A stretch of 32,544 nucleotides of DNA from an uncultured Bacteroides sp. (GTDB lineage Bacteria > Bacteroidota > Bacteroidia > Bacteroidales > Muribaculaceae). Each line of letters begins with the position of its first letter. Position 1 is the first letter of the stretch. The notes below the pieces were generated by a model. It saw nothing but the letters and a program-made list of their open reading frames with translations, was not told the DNA's origin and searched no databases. The DNA is taken from assembly GCA_964560625.1 (NCBI GenBank), contig CAZLMV010000001.1, positions 3,601-36,144 of the forward strand, written 5' to 3'. The position numbers were made by a program, and so were the translations under genes. Positions 8,242 to 16,628 of the stretch are shown piece after piece.

Positions 8242-9554
8242 ATTTTTCCTGACGTAAAAAGAAGTTTATAATAGCAATAAATAATGTTGATTTTGGCGTT
8301 AATGAGCTGCTGCTCAGCGTCAAGGCGCGAGTTTGCGGCATCGAGCATGTCGGTTATCAGCGCCATGTCGTTGCCGTAGCGCGTGGCCGTGGTCTGATAG
8401 TTGCGCAGGGCCAATTCCACGGCTTTTTCGCGTGAAATAAGCTCCTCATAGGCCTCCATGTATTTAATATGGTCGGCGCGCACCTCTAAGGACAGTTCCT
8501 CCGCGGCAGCTTGGAGCTCCTCTTGAGCTTTATGGGTGGCTACACGGCTCTGTGCCAACGATTTATTGGTCTTGAAGAGCGACGAGAGGTTATAGCTAAC
8601 GCCCAATCCCACATACCAATAGCTCAGGTTGCGGTTTATCGGCGGCACTTCCACGAGGATAGGGCCATCCATGGTCCATCCGGCCTGCAGGCCGATTTTA
8701 GGGAGCCGCTCGGCGCGAGTCAGTTTTTCGGCTCGTTGGCTGATATTCAGGCCGGTACGCGCCAATGCTAACTGCGGCGAATTCTCCTCGGCGCGGGTTT
8801 GCCACCATTCCTCGCCCTGCTGCGGCAGAGATTGCGCTAATATGGTCGAGTCCGGAAGTACCTGAGTATCAGCGGGAAGGCCTGCCAAGGTGGTAAGATT
8901 GGTGTTGAGGATGTCGAGCATATTGCTGATTCTCACCTGCTCGAGCTCGATGTTGGAAATCAGCAACTCGTAGCGAGTAATGTCGTTGCGCAGGGCCGTG
9001 CCTTGCTCATAGCGGGCTTGCATGTCGGTCAGCACGCGGCACGCGGCGGTGAGGTTACTGCTGATAACTTTCTGAAGATTAGAGTATTTGTAGAGATTGA
9101 GGTAGATGTCCGTGAGCCGAAAGCGGATAATGTTGCGCTGCAGGTCGGCCGATTGGCGCGCGCCCGTGGCCTTAAGTTCGGCCATGCGGATGCCTTCGGT
9201 CAGTGCGCCGCCGGTGTAGAGCGGCTGATTGACGTTGACTCCGAGGCCGGTGCCGAGGTGTGGAATCGGGGCGCGTTGATAGTCTGAGAAGTCGCGTGCG
9301 GTGGTGAATCCGTCGCCTATGTAGCTGACAGAGAGGGAGGCGGATATGTCAGGCAGGCGGTTTGCGCGCGCCGTGGCAATGGCTTTTTCCGCTTTTTCAA
9401 TGGCCGTGAGGGCCGGGCGGAGTTGCAAGGAGTTGGCCTCGGCCGACTCGAAAAGCTCACTCAAAGTGACCACCCGAGGCGACTGAGCCGAACACACTCC
9501 GCCGCTCAACAGGGCACCCAAGAGCAGCCCTGTGAGCAATCGATGATTGTTCAT
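8238..9554 (-). CDS. TolC-family outer membrane efflux protein
   Basis: It has a signal peptide and two repeated OEP-type alpha/beta halves. It is the first gene of the tripartite efflux operon. Confidence 0.85.
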   Translation of the reverse strand: MNNHRLLTGLLLGALLSGGVCSAQSPRVVTLSELFESAEANSLQLRPALTAIEKAEKAIATARANRLPDISASLSVSYIGDGFTTARDFSDYQRAPIPHLGTGLGVNVNQPLYTGGALTEGIRMAELKATGARQSADLQRNIIRFRLTDIYLNLYKYSNLQKVISSNLTAACRVLTDMQARYEQGTALRNDITRYELLISNIELEQVRISNMLDILNTNLTTLAGLPADTQVLPDSTILAQSLPQQGEEWWQTRAEENSPQLALARTGLNISQRAEKLTRAERLPKIGLQAGWTMDGPILVEVPPINRNLSYWYVGLGVSYNLSSLFKTNKSLAQSRVATHKAQEELQAAAEELSLEVRADHIKYMEAYEELISREKAVELALRNYQTTATRYGNDMALITDMLDAANSRLDAEQQLINAKINIIYCYYKLLFTSGKI

Positions 9555-9735
9555 GCTGAAACTAATGAATTTATGTGATTAATGAAGGGGAAGGAGGGAG
9601 GAAACGACGGGAGGGCCGCTCAGACGCGAGCGGTGCTCTTCCAGCTTTCCAAATGGCCCCAGCGATAGATGCAAGGGGCTGAGTGTTTGTGAGATAACAT
9701 AAATTATGCGGGCAGATTCTTTCTGAATTGCACTG

Positions 9736-9743
9736 CAAAGTTA
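9736..9743 (-). promoter_or_regulatory. -7 promoter box TAACTTTG for the efflux operon (long ~175-nt leader)
   Basis: The minus strand reads TAACTTTG. It is divergent from the 9859-9866 box. Confidence 0.5.
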
Positions 9744-9858
9744 CGAAAAAATCTTGACAATTTAAAACATCCATATACCCTCAAATCATTAGGAGGGGTG
9801 GGGCCGGGAGGTGTAATTTTACTCAAAATCGGGTATTTTGGGGCCGGGAAAGTCGGCG

Positions 9859-9866
9859 TAACTTTG
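9859..9866 (+). promoter_or_regulatory. -7 promoter box TAACTTTG for the imelysin/cytochrome cluster
   Basis: TAACTTTG lies 12-21 nt upstream of the candidate ATGs at 9878 and 9887. Confidence 0.55.
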
Positions 9867-9886
9867 CAGTGCAAAAAATGACCCAC

Positions 9887-11131
9887 ATGAAAAAAGTTAT
9901 TCTCACATTATTATTAGTGATTGGCGCGCTCACGGCGGCCGCGCAGGTCGACACCCTCGGCTATTCCCGCTTCCGCTTCGGCGGTTATGGCGAAATGCTT
10001 GGTCAGTTTATGGACTATGGCAGCAACCGCTTTGCGGGCACCTCGGAGGGGGCGCCTCGCGGCTATCGTGCGGCCGTGTCCATTCCGCGCTTCGTCCTCG
10101 CTTTTGACTATAAATTTAACTCCAAGTGGATTTTAGGCGCGGAGATTGAATTTGAAGCCGGCGGCGTCGGTTCGGCCGTAGAATTGGAAAATAGCGAGAA
10201 CGGCGAGTATGAAACCGAGATAGAAAAAGGAGGTGAAGTAGCACTCGAACAATTACACATAACTCGCCTGATTCATAGAGGAATAAACGTGAGGGTAGGC
10301 CACTTGATAGTCCCCGTCGGACTGACCAACGCGCACCATGAGCCGATCAACTTCTTCGGCCCGACGCGCCCGCAGGCTGAGACCTCGCTCCTCCCCTCAA
10401 CATGGCATGAAACGGGCTTAGAACTCTTCGGCTCCTTTGGTCGCGGATTCGACTGGCAGGCCATGATCGTGGCCGGACTCAACGCCAACGGCTTTGACCG
10501 CGATCAATGGATCATCGGGGGCACTCCCGGCTATTTTGAAGTGGATAATTTTACCTCCCCCGGCTATGTCGGCCGCCTTGATTATAGTGGCGTAAAAGGC
10601 CTCAGAACAGGCATTTCCGCCTACTATTGCCACGACACCGGGCGCAATTCCGATAAGGATCATTTCTACTCCTCCATTGGCCGCATACCCGTTTGGATTG
10701 CCACCTGGGACGCTCAATATCGCTCCAAATGGGTCACCGCCCGCGCCAATATTACCTTCGGCGGGGTAGGCAACTCAGCCGCCCTGAGCGATGCCAACCG
10801 CATGCTCTCCAATAAATCGCCCTACAGCCGACTTGTGCCTATTGCCAAAAACGCCTTTGGCGCCGGAGTCGAAGCGGGCGTTAACATCAAGAAATTCACG
10901 CCCTTTGCGCGCTATGAATACTATAATCCCCAATTCCGCGGTGAAAAGGGCCAGACCATGGACTCGCGCCTCGAAGTGAGCCAGTGGCAATTGGGTCTCA
11001 ACTGGTTTGCGCTCCCTAATTTGGTAGTGAAAGGCGCGTGGGTTTCTCGCCAAATCGGCGGCGGAAAATACAATAGCGAAAACGAATTCCAAATCGGCAT
11101 CGCATATATTGCCTGGTTTATTAAAAAGTAA
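9887..11131 (+). CDS. Predicted outer-membrane beta-barrel (porin-like) protein, first gene of the imelysin cluster
   Basis: The signal peptide is MKKVILTLLLVIGALTAAAQ. The sequence shows alternating amphipathic beta-strand patterning with aromatic girdle residues. The track ORF starts at a GTG (9869) that sits essentially on the predicted TSS, so I prefer the ATG at 9887 (9878 is also possible). Confidence 0.55.
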   Translation: MKKVILTLLLVIGALTAAAQVDTLGYSRFRFGGYGEMLGQFMDYGSNRFAGTSEGAPRGYRAAVSIPRFVLAFDYKFNSKWILGAEIEFEAGGVGSAVELENSENGEYETEIEKGGEVALEQLHITRLIHRGINVRVGHLIVPVGLTNAHHEPINFFGPTRPQAETSLLPSTWHETGLELFGSFGRGFDWQAMIVAGLNANGFDRDQWIIGGTPGYFEVDNFTSPGYVGRLDYSGVKGLRTGISAYYCHDTGRNSDKDHFYSSIGRIPVWIATWDAQYRSKWVTARANITFGGVGNSAALSDANRMLSNKSPYSRLVPIAKNAFGAGVEAGVNIKKFTPFARYEYYNPQFRGEKGQTMDSRLEVSQWQLGLNWFALPNLVVKGAWVSRQIGGGKYNSENEFQIGIAYIAWFIKK

Positions 11132-11148
11132 ATTATAACAGATTAGAT

Positions 11149-12222
11149 ATGAAGAAATTACTCTTATTTTCAGCTTTGGCAGTGGCGTTGACTGCCTGCA
11201 ATGAGTCTAACGAGCCGAAAAAGGCCGAAATTGATAGCGCCGTGATTGATTACACGGCCGAAAATGCCGACGCCTGGGGCAACTACATGGTCCAAGTGAG
11301 CTCCCTGCTTAAGGCCGACGCGCAGACGCTGATTGACTCCTGGACCACCGGGGGCTATGCTGCGCAATTCAAGGCCTTGGCGCCGTTTGACTGCGTCGAG
11401 CAGATGATTGACGGGTGTGCCGACATCGCCAACGAGGTCTGCACCGCCAAGATTGGCGACCCCTATAACCTCTACCTTTCCGGCGACACCAAGCGCGCCC
11501 TCTATGCCGTAGAATCCTGGTATTCATGGCATTCCCGCGAAGATTATGCGAACAATATCCTCTCCATCCGCAATAGTTTCTGTGGCTCGCTCGACGGCAC
11601 GGTTCACCCCGAATCGCTCGCCGCAATGATTGACCCCGCACTGAGTGCAGACGTCGCCACCGCCATTTCTGCCGCCGAATCAGCCATCTTGGCCATTCCG
11701 CAGCCCTTCCGCTCGAACATCACCTCCACTGAAAGTCGCATGGCCATGAACGCTTGCGCCGACCTCGAGGAAATCCTCTCCGTCAATCTCAAATCGGCCG
11801 CTCGCAAGCTCTCTGAGACGCAACTCCGCGCCATTGCTGACCGCTTTGTCGACGCTGTGGTGATTCCCACTTACACCGACCTTGCCGCTCGCAACGCTGC
11901 TCTGCATCAGTCAGTTACGGCCCTGCGCGACAATCCCTCCGACGCCGCTTTTGCCGCCGCCTGCTCCGCCTGGCTCGAAGCCCGCGAACCCTGGGAGAAG
12001 TCCGAGGCCTTCCTCTTCGGCCCGGTAGATGCTCTCGGCCTTGATCCGAACATGGATAGCTGGCCCTTGGACCAGGACGCCATTGTGCAAATCCTCTCCT
12101 CCGGCAATTTCTCCGGCCTGAGCGGCACGAGCGAGGCCGTGCAGAGTGTGCGCGGATTCCATACCCTCGAATTCCTCCTCTTCAAGGACGGCATGCCCCG
12201 CTTAACAATATTGAGTGAATAA
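11149..12222 (+). CDS. Imelysin-family (peptidase M75-like) lipoprotein
   Basis: It has a lipobox (LTAC) and an all-helical two-domain sequence. The family GxHxxE motif is present as GFHTLEFLLF (HxxE at 12160-12171). Its genomic partner is a DUF1111 di-haem protein. Confidence 0.8.
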   Translation: MKKLLLFSALAVALTACNESNEPKKAEIDSAVIDYTAENADAWGNYMVQVSSLLKADAQTLIDSWTTGGYAAQFKALAPFDCVEQMIDGCADIANEVCTAKIGDPYNLYLSGDTKRALYAVESWYSWHSREDYANNILSIRNSFCGSLDGTVHPESLAAMIDPALSADVATAISAAESAILAIPQPFRSNITSTESRMAMNACADLEEILSVNLKSAARKLSETQLRAIADRFVDAVVIPTYTDLAARNAALHQSVTALRDNPSDAAFAAACSAWLEAREPWEKSEAFLFGPVDALGLDPNMDSWPLDQDAIVQILSSGNFSGLSGTSEAVQSVRGFHTLEFLLFKDGMPRLTILSE

Positions 12223-13632
12223 ATGAATGCAATAATCAGATTCTTGGCCGCGTCGTCGTCGCTGTTGCTGCTCTCGGGCTGCGACGACGGCGGCCTTGAT
12301 TCGCTCTCCATCGAGATTCCGGAAGGGTATGAGCTCTCGGCGGGGACTTCGACGAATTTCCTCAACTCCTCCGTGGCCTATGATGCTGAGGCACCGTGGG
12401 TTAAGGGCGATTACCTGACGCGATTCGTGCGCGGCGACAGGCTCTATGACGACGTGCGCACCTCCTCCTCCGGCCAGGGCGGCGGCCTCGGTCCCGTCTA
12501 TGCCGGATATTCCTGTGGCAGCTGCCATCGCAACGCCGGGCGCACTCGCCCCGGTAACCTTGAAGGCTCCGGAAATTACGGCTTTTCCTCTATGTTAGTG
12601 TACGTTACGCGCAGAAACGGCGCCTTTTTCCGCGATTATGGCCGCGTTCTTCATGACCAAGCGATCTATGGCGTCGAAGCCGAAGGAAAACTCAAAGTCG
12701 ACTGGACCTACGAGCAATTCGCCTTCCCTGACGGCGAACCCTACGAACTTGCCACTCCGCATTACACCATCACCGACTGGTATGCCGACGACATAGCTCC
12801 CGAGGACCTTTTCTGCTCCGTGCGCATCCCCTTGCGCCACGTCGGCATGGGTCAGATGATGGCCCTTGACCCTACGGAAATCGAGGCCTTGGCCGCAAAG
12901 AGCAATTATCCCGAATGGGGCATCTCCGGCCGCTGCAACTACATCACCGAGCGCGGAGTGCGCCGGTTAGGACTGTCCGGCAACAAGGCCCAACACGCCG
13001 ATTTGACCGTAGAACTCGGCTTTTCCAGCGACATGGGCGTCACCAATAGCCGCTATCCGGAAGAGATTTGCGAGGGCCAACTCCAAATGTCGCAAGGCTC
13101 GATGATGGGCCTGACCTACGATCGCCTCGACATCTCCACCGAAGATATGGAAAACGTGGACCTCTACATGCAGAGCCTCGGAGTTCCCGCGCGCCGCGAT
13201 GTCAATGACCCGCAAGTGCGCCGCGGCGAGGCCGCCTTCTTTGAGGCGGGGTGTCACCTCTGCCATGTGACGACGCTCCACACGCGCCCGCGCGGCTCCA
13301 CTCTCCTTGCGGGCACTCAGCTCCCCTGGCTCGGCAATCAGACCGTCCACCCTTACAGCGACTTCCTGCTCCACGACATGGGGCCTGACCTTGATGACCA
13401 TTACCCCTCCGGACTCGCCGCCGGCAATGAGTGGCGCACGACTCCCCTCTGGGGCATCGGCCTGCAAGAAAAGGTCAATGGCCACACTTACTTCCTCCAC
13501 GACGGGCGCGCCCGCAACCTCACGGAGGCGATTATGTGGCATGGTGGCGAGGGACAGGCCTCGCGCAACAGATTCAAAAACATGGAGGCCGACAAGCGTC
13601 AGGCCCTCATCCGATTCCTTCAATCATTATGA
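12223..13632 (+). CDS. DUF1111-family di-haem cytochrome c lipoprotein (cytochrome c peroxidase-like / 'thiol oxidoreductase')
   Basis: It has a lipobox (LLSGC) and two CxxCH haem-binding motifs: CGSCH at 12514-12528 and CHLCH at 13252-13266. Other DUF1111-typical blocks are present (RTTPLWG, FLHDGRA). Confidence 0.85.
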   Translation: MNAIIRFLAASSSLLLLSGCDDGGLDSLSIEIPEGYELSAGTSTNFLNSSVAYDAEAPWVKGDYLTRFVRGDRLYDDVRTSSSGQGGGLGPVYAGYSCGSCHRNAGRTRPGNLEGSGNYGFSSMLVYVTRRNGAFFRDYGRVLHDQAIYGVEAEGKLKVDWTYEQFAFPDGEPYELATPHYTITDWYADDIAPEDLFCSVRIPLRHVGMGQMMALDPTEIEALAAKSNYPEWGISGRCNYITERGVRRLGLSGNKAQHADLTVELGFSSDMGVTNSRYPEEICEGQLQMSQGSMMGLTYDRLDISTEDMENVDLYMQSLGVPARRDVNDPQVRRGEAAFFEAGCHLCHVTTLHTRPRGSTLLAGTQLPWLGNQTVHPYSDFLLHDMGPDLDDHYPSGLAAGNEWRTTPLWGIGLQEKVNGHTYFLHDGRARNLTEAIMWHGGEGQASRNRFKNMEADKRQALIRFLQSL

Positions 13633-14834
13633 AAAAACTTCTACTTTCTTTCGCTTTAATTCTCAGTGGCTCAGTCGCTTCGGCTCAGTATGATTCAGAT
13701 AATGGAGTGGTCTCCATTGCCGACGAGCGAGGGTTTATTTTCCAGTCCAAGAGCGGCGACTTCGTGTTCAAGCCTTACCTCTTGGTGCAGACGTCGGCCA
13801 ATTTCAATTGGTATGACGACGCCGGCTTGGATCCCGCTTATAATCAGGACAATGTGGCCAACAGCGGCTTTGCCATCCCCTATGCGGTGCTCGGATTCAC
13901 GGGCAAAGCCTTCGGGATTGTCAACTTCAATCTCTCCATCAATGCTGCCGGGTCGGGTGGGGCGATCCTCCAGCAGGCCTGGGCCGACATTTGCCCGCGC
14001 CCGGAGGTGGGGGTGAAGATCGGTAAGTTCAAAACTCCCTTCACTCATGCTTATCTGACCACTCTCGGCGAGACCCTTTTCCCCGTAATGCCCACGTCGC
14101 TAACTGCCTCAGTGATTATGCCTTACTCGCTCAATGCCGTCACTCCGCATATCGGCACGGGCTTTGACCTCGGAGTGGAGGTCCATGGCCTCGTGGCCAA
14201 CCGCTTTGGCTATCAAGCGGGGATTTTTAACGGCACCGGCGCCAGCATTAATGTAGCCAACAAAACCCTCAGCGACGACTGGCACATCCCCTCGCTGCTC
14301 TATGCCGGTCGACTGACCTGGCAACCCTATGGCGCCATGCCGGCCACCCAGGGCGACCCGCGCCGACTGACCATGAACAAGATGCTCGTGGGCCTGAGCG
14401 CGTCCATGAACGTTGAAAGCGAAAATGAGAGCACCAACGACCTGCGCATGGGTTTGGAATGGAGCTGGGTGCATAATCGCTGGTACTTCGGCGCCGAGGC
14501 TTACTGGATGCACGTAGGCTTCACTCGCCGCCAGAAAATTGACCGCTCCTTCAACTATTTTGGGGGCTACGTTCAGGCCGGCTGGTTTTGCTCTGACCGT
14601 GTGCAAATCGTTGGCCGCTACGACCTTTTCGAGCGCAATTCCACCTCCAAAGGGGGCTTGCTGAACATGCCCGCCATCGGCTGCAACTGGTTTTTCCCGA
14701 AAATTAACCTCAAGCTCCAGGGCATGGCGCAATTTACCGGTCGCACCGGCCATGCCCGCCAAATGGACCGCGACGAGGATAACCTTGGCCTGGCCACATG
14801 GTCAGCCGTAATCATGGCTCAATATGCGTTTTAA
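13629..14834 (+). CDS. Porin-like outer-membrane beta-barrel (OprO/P-like fold suspected)
   Basis: The ATG at 13629 overlaps the upstream stop (ATGA). The signal peptide is MKKLLLSFALILSGSVASAQ. The protein shows beta-strand periodicity and ends in the OMP-type aromatic residues ...AQYAF. The longer track ORF (from 13431) runs inside the previous gene. Confidence 0.6.
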   Translation: MKKLLLSFALILSGSVASAQYDSDNGVVSIADERGFIFQSKSGDFVFKPYLLVQTSANFNWYDDAGLDPAYNQDNVANSGFAIPYAVLGFTGKAFGIVNFNLSINAAGSGGAILQQAWADICPRPEVGVKIGKFKTPFTHAYLTTLGETLFPVMPTSLTASVIMPYSLNAVTPHIGTGFDLGVEVHGLVANRFGYQAGIFNGTGASINVANKTLSDDWHIPSLLYAGRLTWQPYGAMPATQGDPRRLTMNKMLVGLSASMNVESENESTNDLRMGLEWSWVHNRWYFGAEAYWMHVGFTRRQKIDRSFNYFGGYVQAGWFCSDRVQIVGRYDLFERNSTSKGGLLNMPAIGCNWFFPKINLKLQGMAQFTGRTGHARQMDRDEDNLGLATWSAVIMAQYAF

Positions 14835-15510
14835 GTGGATTTTGCCGCTCTTGGCCCTCTGCAGTTGCGACGAAGGGCGCATCTGGCCGGAGGAGGTTGC
14901 CGACTCTGCGTCCGAGGGGCTGACGGCGCGGGTGGAAATCGCCGATGCCGTCGGGGCCGACCGCTGGTTCAGCGGTTATTCGCTCGCCGTGGCCGGCTTT
15001 GCCCCCGGAAGTGAATATGCGCTGATTAGCAAGAATATAGAGCTCACGGAGGAGGGTTCGGCCTCGGTTGCGCTCACGGGGATTCCCGCGGAAGTGGAGA
15101 GCGTGGAGCTCTGCATCATTGACCGCCTGCGCCGACGCGTCGCCTCGTTTGAGTCCGTCCCCATGGCCTCCTCTGAGGTGACTCTCAGCTCCGTCGGCGC
15201 CGATTTTTCGCCCGAGCAAGTGATTCAGACTGAGGTGTTTAACACCACCTGCATCAACTGCCACGGCGGCGCCTCCTTCTCCGCCGCCGGACTGAACCTT
15301 ACCCGCGGCCATTCCTTCGAGGAACTCATCGGCGTGACCTCCGTGAAAAATCCGCAAATGCAGCGCGTCTGCCCCGGCGACCCCGACCGCAGCCTCCTCT
15401 ATCAAATTTTGGTCGGGCAGGACTCCAAGGAGTGGAATTATGACCATTCCGTGGAAATCACGGCCTCCGAGCGTTTGGATTTAATAAAAAATTGGATAAT
15501 TGCGCAATAA
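14824..15510 (+). CDS. Lipoprotein with a C-terminal single-haem cytochrome c domain (PSCyt1/'planctomycete cytochrome c'-like)
   Basis: It has a lipobox (LALCSC) and CINCH (CxxCH) at 15250-15264, in the context FNTTCINCHGG...LNLT...CPGDPDRSLLYQ. The start overlaps the preceding gene by 11 nt. Confidence 0.6.
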   Translation: MRFKWILPLLALCSCDEGRIWPEEVADSASEGLTARVEIADAVGADRWFSGYSLAVAGFAPGSEYALISKNIELTEEGSASVALTGIPAEVESVELCIIDRLRRRVASFESVPMASSEVTLSSVGADFSPEQVIQTEVFNTTCINCHGGASFSAAGLNLTRGHSFEELIGVTSVKNPQMQRVCPGDPDRSLLYQILVGQDSKEWNYDHSVEITASERLDLIKNWIIAQ

Positions 15511-16628
15511 TGACACTGTCGAAATCGTTTTTTAAGATAATGAACAGAAATATCAGTCATATGACTTTATCATATAACGACGCTTTGGCCGACACGGCTC
15601 TTTGCGGCGACCAACTTCATTGCATTATTACCCCCTCTGCCGGCCTAAGGTATGCTGACCAGGTCCGCGCGGTTTGTGAGGCGATAAGTCATCTGGAAGA
15701 ATATTATAAGATGACCCCGATTTTCAAGCGCTATTTCCTCAGCGACATTGCCAATCAGGCGTCGCTTTTGCCTGAGGATGAGCCTTGTGCGGTGTCCGTG
15801 ATTCAGCAGCCGCCTCTAAATGGCAGCAAGGTCGTGGTGTGGGTGGTCATGGAGCGAGATGCCGACTTCCGGCGCGAGGCCGACGGCGTGTGGGCCGACT
15901 CCAAAGGGCGCATTATCCAGGGAGATATGGAGCCCGCCGGCGGCGATTCGGCCGAGGAGACGCGCCGCTATTTGCGCCGCTTTTCCGAGGTCTTGACCGC
16001 AAGAGGCGGCTCGTTGGCAGACCATTGTCTGCGTACATGGTTTATGGTCCACGACGTTGACCGCAATTATGGCGGAGTGGTGCGCGGCCGCAACGAAGTC
16101 TTTGCCGAGCAGGGACTTAAGGAGCATTTCATTGCCTCCACGGGCATCGGCGGCTCGCCGGAAAAGTCGCTCGTAGCCTTCAACGCCATTGCTGATCTTT
16201 CTGTTAAACCCGAGCAAATCACCTATCTGAAAGGGGCCTCACACCTGAATCCCACCATCGAATATGGCGTGGCCTTTGAGCGCGCCACTGCCGTGGATTA
16301 TCCCGATTATCGCAAGGTCTACGTCTCCGGCACGGCGAGCATTGACAATAAAGGTCAGGTGGTTGCCGTGGGCGACATTGAGCGCCAAACCGAGCGGATG
16401 CTCGAGAATATTGAGGTCCTTCTCCGCGAGGCCGGCTGCGAGCTCACTGACGTGATGAGCTTCATCATTTACCTGCGCGATATTGCTGACTATGAGGCAG
16501 TAAAGTCGGTGTTTGACTATCGGCTTCCCTGCGCGCCAAAGGTGCTCCTTTTAGCGCCGGTTTGCAGGCCGCAATGGTTGGTGGAAACGGAGTGTATTGC
16601 CATTCGCCCTCATAATGCCTCGCGCTAA
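15510..16628 (+). CDS. RidA/YjgF (endoribonuclease L-PSP) family protein with a long N-terminal extension
   Basis: The C-terminal ~125 aa match the RidA pattern (VYVSGTASID..G.V...DIERQTERMLENIEVLLREAG..L.DV....IYL.D..DY......ETECIA). The start is uncertain: TTG 15492, ATG 15510 (TAATG overlap with the previous stop) or ATG 15540. Confidence 0.6.
   Translation: MTLSKSFFKIMNRNISHMTLSYNDALADTALCGDQLHCIITPSAGLRYADQVRAVCEAISHLEEYYKMTPIFKRYFLSDIANQASLLPEDEPCAVSVIQQPPLNGSKVVVWVVMERDADFRREADGVWADSKGRIIQGDMEPAGGDSAEETRRYLRRFSEVLTARGGSLADHCLRTWFMVHDVDRNYGGVVRGRNEVFAEQGLKEHFIASTGIGGSPEKSLVAFNAIADLSVKPEQITYLKGASHLNPTIEYGVAFERATAVDYPDYRKVYVSGTASIDNKGQVVAVGDIERQTERMLENIEVLLREAGCELTDVMSFIIYLRDIADYEAVKSVFDYRLPCAPKVLLLAPVCRPQWLVETECIAIRPHNASR

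Noticed and set aside
9571-9886. Small minus-strand ORFs (9571-9774 and 9704-9886) in the divergent promoter region.
   Set aside because: They overlap the promoter boxes and the purine/pyrimidine tract, and their translations are low complexity. The region is better explained as a 5' leader and regulatory DNA.
13431-13628. N-terminal extensions offered by the ORF track. The main example is 13431 for the second porin. Others are GTG 9869, TTG 15492, TTG 16597, TTG 20603, 21074, 27318, 29647 and GTG 30746.
   Set aside because: The extensions overlap upstream genes or promoter boxes and precede obvious signal peptides or lipoboxes. Internal ATGs that create ATGA/TAATG coupling or proper signal peptides are more plausible.
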